Shown here piece by piece: positions 28,922-36,669 of a stretch of 64,000 nt of DNA (positions within the stretch are counted from its first letter, which is position 1; each line of letters starts with the position of its first letter). The notes under the pieces are model-generated. The model worked only from the letters and a program-made list of their open reading frames with translations, did no database searches and was not told the DNA's origin. A program made the translations under genes and the position numbers. The stretch spans positions 8,394 through 72,393 of the forward strand of contig CAVIUA010000024.1 in NCBI GenBank assembly GCA_963645945.1, read 5' to 3'. The stretch is from a bacterium (GTDB lineage Bacteria > Bacillota_I > Bacilli_A > RF39 > UBA660).

Positions 28922-29522
28922 ATGAAACAAATAGAAGTAACCGTAAAAGTCAAAAATTCCTTAGAAGAAATTGATGAATTACTAACATAAAAAGGCTTTA
29001 AGTTAATTAGAAAAAGTAGAGTTGAAGATGACTATGTTTGTCCAAAAGAACTTAAAGTTGATAAGAATAATATATTAGAAGTATTAAGTTCTTGTGTCTT
29101 AATAAGATATTTAAAAACTGCCGAAGCTGAATATAAAAAATTAACATATAAAAATAAAGAATATTCTAAAGATGGAGTTGTTATATCAGAAGAAAAGATA
29201 AATGTCTCAATTGATGATACTAAAAAAGCTAAAGAATTATTTGAAAAAATAAATTTTAAAAAAAATTGTGAGTGTTCATTATGATGTTATTGTTTATAGT
29301 AATGATGATTATGAATTTGCCTTTCAAGATGTAGAAGGCTTAGGTCTACTTCTAGAGTTTGAAAATGAGAATGACTTTGAAGGAGTATCAGATGAAACTA
29401 TTGTGAGTGAAAAACAAAAAATGTATGAAATTATTAAAACTTATGGAATAAAAGTTGAAAATAATTATGATATAAAGAAAGCATATGAATTAGTAATGAA
29501 AAAAATTGAATTAGCAGAATAG
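28922..29522 (+). pseudogene. CYTH-domain (CyaB-like class IV adenylyl cyclase / triphosphatase) gene disrupted by a nonsense codon and a homopolymer frameshift
   Basis: An AAGGAG RBS precedes ATG 28922. Translation MKQIEVTVKVKNSLEEIDELLT hits TAA at 28988-28990, then continues KGFKLIRKSRVEDDY...LIRYLK...KLTYKNKE...INVSIDD. The frame changes in the A8 run at 29258-29265; with A7 it would read INFKKIVSVHYDVIVYSNDDYEFAFQDVEGLGLLLEFE, which is the classical CYTH C-terminal motif. Confidence 0.7.
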
Positions 29523-29532
29523 GAGGATAAAA

Positions 29533-30117
29533 ATGTTAATAGTTATAACCGGATTGGATGGAAGTGGAACTAGTACAGTTGGAAAAGAACTTCACAAAAT
29601 GGATGATGGATCATATTTATTCAAAACGCCAAGCAAAGAGTATAATACTGGTAGAGAAATAATTGATACTGAAGTTAGACGTGAATCTTGCGTAGCTAAT
29701 ATGTTATATTATTTATCATCAGATGTGTATATGTCAGATTATATTAGAAATAATTGTGATTACAAAAATAAGAATGTCTATCTAGTGAGATATTTAATAG
29801 ATACTGTTGTATCAAATAGAGCTGCTGGAATAGATATGAAAATGGATTATACAATATATGGAAACGAATTATTGGTTCCAGATTTAACTTTGTTTGTGTA
29901 TACTGATGAGCAAACAAGACAAAGTAGAATAACGAGTCGAGGTAAAACAGAGTTAGATGCTGTGTTGGATGATGATGAGAAAAGACAAATGTTTTTAACA
30001 GAATTTAAACAATGTCTTCCAGAAAAAACCATTTATGTTAATAATAGTTCATCGGATTTGAAAGAAACAATAAATAAAATATATCAAAATATAAAGAATA
30101 TCCAAAATAATGACTAG
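29533..30117 (+). CDS. Thymidylate-kinase-like (dNMP kinase fold) protein with a lysine-less P-loop
   Basis: GLDGSGTSTV replaces the canonical G.DG.GKST. Tmk-like landmarks are FKTPS....GREI, LYYLSSDVY, VRYLIDTVVSNRAAG and VPDLTLFVYTD...R. A GGAGG RBS lies 11 nt after the CYTH pseudogene. Confidence 0.55.
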   Translation: MLIVITGLDGSGTSTVGKELHKMDDGSYLFKTPSKEYNTGREIIDTEVRRESCVANMLYYLSSDVYMSDYIRNNCDYKNKNVYLVRYLIDTVVSNRAAGIDMKMDYTIYGNELLVPDLTLFVYTDEQTRQSRITSRGKTELDAVLDDDEKRQMFLTEFKQCLPEKTIYVNNSSSDLKETINKIYQNIKNIQNND

Positions 30118-30226
30118 TAACCAACACTATGAGAACAATATTTTAACAGCGACACTTCATTAAATGCCGAATTTAAAAAAGCTAGTATTTAATTTTTATA
30201 ACTAGCTATGCATAGCTTAATCTAAA

Positions 30227-30255
30227 TTGACTAATAAGGCAAAATATGTTATAAT
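30227..30255 (+). promoter_or_regulatory. Sigma-A promoter of the acyltransferase gene
   Basis: TTGACT (30227-30232), a 17-nt spacer and TATAAT (30250-30255). Confidence 0.7.
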
Positions 30256-30281
30256 AAGCAACAAAAAAAAGGAACGATGGT

Positions 30282-31226
30282 ATGTCAAATTTTGGTTTAA
30301 AAAACGTACAACTAGTAAATCATGAAACATTTACATCTTCTACTGGAATAAAACTAAGAAGGGCTATAAACAAACCATTAAAAAGTATACTAAAAATAGC
30401 AACTGGTAAAAAAATAATAGTAGATAGATATCCAAATTTAGAAGAGGATGAGCAATACATATTTGCATCAACACACTATTTCAATGAGGACATAATTGCG
30501 GGAATGGCTGCTATTGATAGAGCTGCATATGTATTAATTGGAACAACGGATCAAGTTGAACATAATCCATTAATGCACGCCGCCTGGCTTTATGGTCTAA
30601 TTTATGTTGACCGACAAGATAACGAAAGTAGAAAAGATTCATTGCTTAAGATGGAAAGAATATTAAATAATGGGTCTAGTGTTTTAATGTTTCCAGAAGG
30701 TGGATGGAATAATACAGAAAATCTTTTGTGCCAGCAATTATTTGCCGGACCATATAAATTATCGCAAAAAACAGGTAAAAAGGTAGTTGCACTTTCCACT
30801 TTCTCAGACCCAGAGTCAAATGAAATTCATATTCAAGCATCTGATCCAATGGACTTATCTTCAATGACTAAAAGCGAAGCACTTGAAACACTAAGAGATA
30901 GCATGGCAAGTATGATGTATGAACTAATAGAAACTCATTCGATACCGCTAAAAAGAGAAGAGTTAGTTGGAGATATACACGAAAAGCACATGGAACAAAG
31001 AAAAAATGAATACATGAAAGTAAACTGGACAAGAGATGTCTGGGATGAAGAATTAACAGTTTATCAAAGTAAAGATATAACAACACCAACTCAAGTCCGT
31101 GAATGTTTGAAAAACGTAAAATTAACAGCTGCCAACGCAAACATCATGGCTCCGGTTTTAGCTGCATGCGCCGAGGATGAAAAATATAATTTCAAAACTT
31201 ATATGAAAAAAAATTGGAACAAATAA
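30282..31226 (+). CDS. Lysophospholipid / glycerol-3-phosphate-type acyltransferase (PlsC family)
   Basis: The HX4D motif is STHYFNED and block III is LMFPEGGWN. Confidence 0.65.
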   Translation: MSNFGLKNVQLVNHETFTSSTGIKLRRAINKPLKSILKIATGKKIIVDRYPNLEEDEQYIFASTHYFNEDIIAGMAAIDRAAYVLIGTTDQVEHNPLMHAAWLYGLIYVDRQDNESRKDSLLKMERILNNGSSVLMFPEGGWNNTENLLCQQLFAGPYKLSQKTGKKVVALSTFSDPESNEIHIQASDPMDLSSMTKSEALETLRDSMASMMYELIETHSIPLKREELVGDIHEKHMEQRKNEYMKVNWTRDVWDEELTVYQSKDITTPTQVRECLKNVKLTAANANIMAPVLAACAEDEKYNFKTYMKKNWNK

Positions 31227-31238
31227 TTGTTCCTTTTT
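31216..31238 (+). terminator. Rho-independent terminator
   Basis: ggaacaa-ataa-ttgttcc followed by T5. It overlaps the stop codon. Confidence 0.65.
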
Positions 31239-31305
31239 ATTTGTCTTTTGTCTTGTAAAAAAAAATCGAATAATGTAAAATATATTTAAGGTAGGTGTAT
31301 GGTAA

Positions 31306-33249
31306 ATGACATATGAATTTGAATTACCGTTAGTATCATTTGTATTTGTATTAATACTTGCAATTGTATATTTTTCAAAGAAAAAAATAAATTTACTTGA
31401 AAACAGAATGTATGAAAAAATAATTGCATGTTCTTTACTTGAAATATCGATAAATACTGGGATACATTTCATTTGTGCATTTAATTCATTTGCTGATATA
31501 CAAAGAAACTATTATATTCTTTTTGACATGTTGAATAAAATATTGTCAACAGCATTTGTTATGGTTTTTATGTCTTTGTTGTGCTACATATTAATTATAA
31601 CTTATGAAAAAATACGTAATAATCCAAAAAAATTAATAATAATTTCGTCAACTATTGAAATACTTTTCTTTATTAGTACATTCTTTACACATATCACTTT
31701 GGTAAATGCCAACAGTGCTATAAACGTCACTGGATCAACAATTATTGTAGGATACATTATGGTTGCAATTTTGCTTTTATCCTCTTTGATTGTTACATTA
31801 ATAAACATTAGGAAGGTAGATAAGCGACACATTGCAATTTTTGGAATAATAGTTGTATTAGGAATTATTTTTGTTTTAACTTTACTATTCCCTGGAATGA
31901 TCATTTACGATTTGGCTCCTGCACTATTATGCTATATAATGTACTTTACCATTGAAAATCCAGATGTAAAAATGATCACTGAGTTAAACATAGCTAAAGA
32001 ACAAGCCGAAAGAGCTAATGATGCTAAAAGTGAATTCTTGTCTAGCATGTCACATGAAATTAGAACACCATTAAACGCTATTGTAGGTCTATCAGAAGAC
32101 ATGGCTGAAAGAAATAATGTACCAGCTGAAATGAAAGAAGACTTAGAAGATGTAATTGCGGCCTCTCGTACCTTACTAGAAATAGTTGGTAATATCATGG
32201 ACATCAATAAAATAGAAAGTGACAAATTAGAAATAATTGAAACATCATACAACTATCGTAAAGAAGCTAATATGTTAGCTAAAGTAAATGCAACTCGTAT
32301 AGGGGACAAACAAATAGAACTAAAAACTAATATAGCAGAAGATATTCCATACCAGTTACTCGGTGATAGAGTTCATATTAAACAAGTTATCAATAATTTA
32401 TTATCAAACGCTATTAAATATACAGAAGCAGGTACGATAGAATTTACCACAAAATGTATTAATAAAGATAAAAATTGTCTCTTAATAATAAGTGTAAAAG
32501 ATACCGGTCGTGGAATAAAGGCTGAAGACATCAATAAATTATTTACTAAGTTTGAACGACTAGACATTGAAAAAAGTTCTACCGCAGAAGGTACTGGACT
32601 AGGTCTAGCAATTACCAAAAAATTAGTAGAAATGATGAATGGTAAAATAAACGTTCAAAGTAGTTATGGTAAAGGTTCACTATTTATAGTCCAAATACCT
32701 CAAAAGATAGATTTAGAAACCAAACCATTAACAGATACTCAAATAATTAATAGTGCTGAAATCATGCAAAGAATAAACATTTCTGATTACAGTAATAGAA
32801 GAATTCTAATCGTTGATGACAACAAATTAAATATAAAAGTAGCTAAACGTGCTCTAGAATCTTTTAATTTTCAAATTGATGAATGTGAAAATGGTCAAGA
32901 ATGTTTAAATAAAATTGTTTTAGGACAAGAATATGATGTAATATTAATGGATATTATGATGCCAATAATGTCTGGAGAAAGAGCACTACGTGAACTAAAG
33001 AAAAATCCTAATTTTAATACCCCAGTCATTGCTTTAACTGCTGATGCTATTTCTGGTAGTGAGAAAAAATATCTTGAAGAAGGATTTGTTGACTACATAG
33101 CTAAACCATTTAGTAAAGATCAGATTAAAGTAAAGTTAGATCGTATTCTAGCAAATACTCCAAAGAAAGAAGAAAAAGTACCAGAATATAATCCAGATGT
33201 AGATCGTTTTGCTAATGCAGAAGCTATCGTTATAGGTGAAGAAAAATAA
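31306..33249 (+). CDS. Hybrid sensor histidine kinase / response regulator with a polytopic N-terminal sensor region
   Basis: There are about 6 TM helices. HisKA is [13 protein letters not shown]. HATPase_c boxes are N (LLSNAIKYT), G1 (DTGRGI) and G2 (GTGLGLAI). The C-terminal REC is ILIVDDN...LMDIMMP...ALTA...KPF. Confidence 0.85.
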   Translation: MTYEFELPLVSFVFVLILAIVYFSKKKINLLENRMYEKIIACSLLEISINTGIHFICAFNSFADIQRNYYILFDMLNKILSTAFVMVFMSLLCYILIITYEKIRNNPKKLIIISSTIEILFFISTFFTHITLVNANSAINVTGSTIIVGYIMVAILLLSSLIVTLINIRKVDKRHIAIFGIIVVLGIIFVLTLLFPGMIIYDLAPALLCYIMYFTIENPDVKMITELNIAKEQAERANDAKSEFLSSMSHEIRTPLNAIVGLSEDMAERNNVPAEMKEDLEDVIAASRTLLEIVGNIMDINKIESDKLEIIETSYNYRKEANMLAKVNATRIGDKQIELKTNIAEDIPYQLLGDRVHIKQVINNLLSNAIKYTEAGTIEFTTKCINKDKNCLLIISVKDTGRGIKAEDINKLFTKFERLDIEKSSTAEGTGLGLAITKKLVEMMNGKINVQSSYGKGSLFIVQIPQKIDLETKPLTDTQIINSAEIMQRINISDYSNRRILIVDDNKLNIKVAKRALESFNFQIDECENGQECLNKIVLGQEYDVILMDIMMPIMSGERALRELKKNPNFNTPVIALTADAISGSEKKYLEEGFVDYIAKPFSKDQIKVKLDRILANTPKKEEKVPEYNPDVDRFANAEAIVIGEEK

Positions 33250-33255
33250 TTACAG

Positions 33256-33279
33256 GAATGATTTTATATCATTCTTTTT
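33256..33279 (+). terminator. Rho-independent terminator after the kinase gene
   Basis: gaatgat-tttat-atcattc followed by T5. Confidence 0.65.
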
Positions 33280-33327
33280 CTATACATAAATATTTTATAT
33301 GGTATAATTAGATTATAGGAGGAAAAT

Positions 33328-34701
33328 ATGAATATAAAAGAAAATATAAATGAAAATATATTTAGAGGATATGATATTAGAGGAATTTATCCTGCTGAAT
33401 TAGATGAAGATACAGTATATACTATCGGATTAGGTTTTGGTAGTTATATTCAAACAATAGGTAAAACTACTTGTGTCATTGGTCATGATAATCGTTTATC
33501 AGGAGAAAGTTTATATAATGCTTTAATTAAAGGTATAACAGAAACTGGTGTTAATATAATTTCTCTAGGTTTATGTACAACACCAATGTATTACTATGCT
33601 TGTATAAAATTAGGAATACCATCAGGTGTTATGGTAACAGCTTCACATAATCCTAAAGATGATAATGGCTTAAAGTTTGCTTTTGATGAGTCTGGAAACT
33701 GTAAAGGACAAGAAATTCAAGACTTCTTAGCTTATATAAAAGCGGGAAATTTTAAAAAAGGAACAGGTACTGTAACTGATTATAGTATCCGTGATGAATA
33801 TTTAGAACTATTCAAAAATAATCTAAAGTTTGGCAATAGAAAATTAAAAGTTGTAATTGATCCAGGTAATGGAACAACAAGTATTATCGCAAAAGAATTA
33901 TATGAAATGTTCCCAATCGAATTACATGTAATCAATGGTGAAAGTGATGGCAGATTCCCAAATCATCATCCAGATCCTTGTGTTGAAGATAATCTTACTC
34001 AACTAAAAGAAAAAGTAAAAGAACTTGGAGCTGATGTTGGATTAGGTTTTGATGGTGATGGTGATAGACTAGGTGTAGTATCAGAAAAGTCAACCTTTAT
34101 ACCAACTGATCAATACATGATAATAATAGTTAGAGATATTATAAATAAAGTAGCTAAAAAAGAATTCTTATATGATGTAAAATGTTCTAAGTCACTTAGT
34201 GATGAAATAGAACGACTAGGCGGAAAAGGGTTATGTTATCGTACTGGAAACTCATATACAAAAGCTAAGGTAAGAGATGAAGATTTACCATTTGGTGGAG
34301 AGTTATCTGGACATGTTTACTTTAGAGACCGTTGGCCAGGATTTGATTCAGGACTATATGCTGGACTTCGTCTATTAGAAATATTGTCTCATACCGATAA
34401 AACAGTAACAGAATTACTTTCTGGAATTAATAACTACTATTCAACAGAAGAATTAAAGTTCAAAAGTTCTGATGACAAAAAATTTGCCATTATTGATAAA
34501 GTAGCAGAATATGCCAAAAGTAAAGATTATAAGTTTTTAGATATTGATGGTGTAAAAGTTTTATTTGATGATGGTTGGGCACTAGTTAGAGCTTCTAACA
34601 CTGGTCCTAATATAACTGCTAGATTTGAAGCTAAAACTGAAGAAAGACTAGAAGAACTACAAAAAGAATTCATTGGTCTAATAGAAGAATATAATAAATA
34701 A
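33328..34701 (+). CDS. Alpha-D-phosphohexomutase (phosphoglucomutase/phosphomannomutase family)
   Basis: The active-site serine loop is TASHNPKDDNG, the Mg loop is GFDGDGDRLG and the sugar loop is GGELSGH. Confidence 0.85.
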   Translation: MNIKENINENIFRGYDIRGIYPAELDEDTVYTIGLGFGSYIQTIGKTTCVIGHDNRLSGESLYNALIKGITETGVNIISLGLCTTPMYYYACIKLGIPSGVMVTASHNPKDDNGLKFAFDESGNCKGQEIQDFLAYIKAGNFKKGTGTVTDYSIRDEYLELFKNNLKFGNRKLKVVIDPGNGTTSIIAKELYEMFPIELHVINGESDGRFPNHHPDPCVEDNLTQLKEKVKELGADVGLGFDGDGDRLGVVSEKSTFIPTDQYMIIIVRDIINKVAKKEFLYDVKCSKSLSDEIERLGGKGLCYRTGNSYTKAKVRDEDLPFGGELSGHVYFRDRWPGFDSGLYAGLRLLEILSHTDKTVTELLSGINNYYSTEELKFKSSDDKKFAIIDKVAEYAKSKDYKFLDIDGVKVLFDDGWALVRASNTGPNITARFEAKTEERLEELQKEFIGLIEEYNK

Positions 34702-34717
34702 AAAAGGAAAAGTCATT

Positions 34718-35218
34718 ATGAGAAGAGATGAAATTCTAACTGTCTACTACCATTGTAATGAAGAGTATCCTCAAATAATATCTTCATTTAACCAAGTATC
34801 TTCAGAAAAAGATTATGAGTATCCAGCGCCAACACCAGTTGTTGTGACTTTTTGTCAAAAAGTATCTTACTTAGATGCTGAATTAAAAGAGCATATCGCA
34901 ACAAAAACTATCAGATACTTTTTAGGAAAAGAAGAAGATGCGGAACGTGTTATTACTCATCCTGATATTTATAAAGTCCTTAATCCAATTGATTTTTATG
35001 AAAGTTGTTACGATGGTACAATGGTTACATATAAAACACCATCAGGTAAAGTATATACAACACCTAAAAGTAATTTGGTTAAAGCCTTTGAAACAAAAGA
35101 AGAATTACAAGCTGGAGTAGATGAATTTATTACTAGATTCTTAAATTTAAAAGATACAAAAGAAAATGCCAGTACATCAAAAAGTTCAATAGACGCTCCA
35201 AAGGTATATACAAAATAA
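34718..35218 (+). CDS. Uncharacterised 166-aa protein, paralogue of 35985..36497
   Basis: It aligns by eye along its length with the downstream paralogue (L/TVYYHC...CPQ..., DY.YPA...PV.V...Q...YLDA.L.E....KTIRY..GK, Y.(T/S)P.GK.Y..PK......AF.T.E.L..GV..F..RFL.LK). I recognise no known motif. Confidence 0.6.
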   Translation: MRRDEILTVYYHCNEEYPQIISSFNQVSSEKDYEYPAPTPVVVTFCQKVSYLDAELKEHIATKTIRYFLGKEEDAERVITHPDIYKVLNPIDFYESCYDGTMVTYKTPSGKVYTTPKSNLVKAFETKEELQAGVDEFITRFLNLKDTKENASTSKSSIDAPKVYTK

Positions 35219-35241
35219 TATAACAACAAAACGAGGTAAAA

Positions 35242-35882
35242 ATGAAAATAGAGATTAGATATTATTTTTCTAAAAATAGTAAAGACAAAATTCTAAACAA
35301 ACTAAATACTTTTACTGAATTAAATTATCAAGGCACGTTTTATGAAAAAACAGATCAATATAATCATCCAATGAAAGAATACAATTTCTATAGTAAGGAA
35401 ATAGATGGTAGATTTAGAGTGAGAAAAACATCTTCCTCTGAAATTTCTAAATGTATGATTACCTGGAAAAGAAGATTACCAAGTACAACAAAAGAACTAA
35501 TTCATACTGAAGAAGAAGTAGAGGTAAGTATAGATCCAAGTGAATATGATAATCTAATACATTTACTACAAAATGTAATTCATCTAGATTTAGTAGAAAG
35601 TTATGAAAGATATCGAAGTGTATATTCAAATAAAGAAATAGAAATTGTAGTAGATGAATATCCATTTGGAATAGCTCTAGAAATAGAAGATAAAACTCAT
35701 ACAGACAAAGCCAAAGAAATTATTAATTACTGGCTGGAAAAACTGAATTTAAATATAAACGATGCTTATCAATTATCCTTTGGACTGATAAATATAGTGA
35801 AATATGTAAAGAACAGGGAAAAGAAGTTTATAACATCGTTACTTTTGATAAAGACATGCCTAGTATTAAAACTGAATTTTAA
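35242..35882 (+). CDS. CYTH-domain protein with an apparent 1-nt deletion near the 3' end
   Basis: CYTH landmarks are MKIEIRYY, TDQYN, GRFRVRK, ITWKRR, TEEEVEVSID and YRSVYSNKEIEIVVDEYPFGIALEIE. After ...DAYQLS the called frame reads through a terminator to 35949. Shifting at the T-run 35779-35781 gives ...WTDKYSEICKEQGKEVYNIVTFDKDMPSIKTEF* with a stop at 35880-35882, directly in front of the terminator. Confidence 0.65.
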
Positions 35883-35903
35883 AGGGAAACATCTCCCTTT
35901 TTT
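35882..35903 (+). terminator. Rho-independent terminator after the CYTH gene
   Basis: aaggga-aacatc-tccctt followed by a T-run. Confidence 0.65.
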
Positions 35904-35984
35904 CTTGCTAAAAACAAAAACTTATGGTATAAGAAATTTATCGCCTTAACAAATGATATAATTATTAATAGGAGGAAAATTAAT

Positions 35985-36497
35985 ATGAAAGAAAAACCGA
36001 AGACACTAACAATTTATTATCACTGCCATGCTAGTTGCCCACAACTAGTAACTTATTGTGATATAGTAGATTCATTAGAAGATTATAAATATCCTGCAAA
36101 AGAGACACCAGTTATAGTAAGTTTAAATCAAGAAATACCATATTTGGATGCTGATTTAGAAGAAAAGACAACAATTAAAACAATTAGATATATAGTAGGT
36201 AAAGTTGAACCTGCTGATATGACACTTAACTTTAATTTTGATTATGAAGCAGAGGAATTTTTAGAAACGTATCCAGAAAGTAAAGTAATAAATTATACTT
36301 CACCTAATGGAAAGATTTATATTATACCAAAAACTGACTGTACTAGAGCCTTTGATACAGAAGAAGACTTAAAAAAGGGTGTAGATACATTTGTTGCTAG
36401 ATTCTTAGGCTTAAAAGAAAAAGAAAAAACAACTACGCATAAAGAATCACCAAAAACTTATGTAAAAAGAACCAATTCCGTATGTCAAACCAAATAA
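35985..36497 (+). CDS. Uncharacterised 170-aa protein, paralogue of 34718..35218
   Basis: See 34718..35218. It has its own AGGAGG RBS. Confidence 0.6.
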   Translation: MKEKPKTLTIYYHCHASCPQLVTYCDIVDSLEDYKYPAKETPVIVSLNQEIPYLDADLEEKTTIKTIRYIVGKVEPADMTLNFNFDYEAEEFLETYPESKVINYTSPNGKIYIIPKTDCTRAFDTEEDLKKGVDTFVARFLGLKEKEKTTTHKESPKTYVKRTNSVCQTK

Positions 36498-36571
36498 TTT
36501 TTAAGAGAAATATCTCTCTTTTTTTCTTGTCTTAAAAATTAACTTATGATATATTGATAGAGACGTTTAGC

Positions 36572-36640
36572 AAGATACCATATTTATAACTAAAACTACA
36601 TGTAATAAATGTAGTGTTTTGCATATGGTATTTTAGTTTT
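36572..36640 (+). promoter_or_regulatory. Nested stem-loop followed by a U-tract in the 5' leader of the first helD-like gene (candidate attenuator)
   Basis: The outer stem aagataccatat (36572-36583) pairs with atatggtatttt (36623-36634), giving 12 bp including one G-U. The inner hairpin is ctacat (36596-36601) / atgtag (36609-36614). An alternative pairing is aactaaaa (36589-36596) with ttttagtt (36631-36638). A T-run follows, and the RBS is 20 nt downstream. Confidence 0.4.
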
Positions 36641-36669
36641 TAAAGAATAAATTAAGAAGGAGGTACTAA

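Noticed and set aside
30181-30206. The hairpin gctagt-N14-actagc after the Tmk-like gene, considered as a terminator.
   Set aside because: It has a large AT-rich loop and no downstream T-tract, so it is not convincing as an intrinsic terminator. The same judgement applies to caaaacag/ctgtttg at 45149-45175 after helD-2.
31158-31472. Minus-strand 104-aa ORF spanning the acyltransferase/kinase intergenic region.
   Set aside because: It runs across a + strand terminator and the start of the kinase gene, has no RBS, and has junk-like composition.
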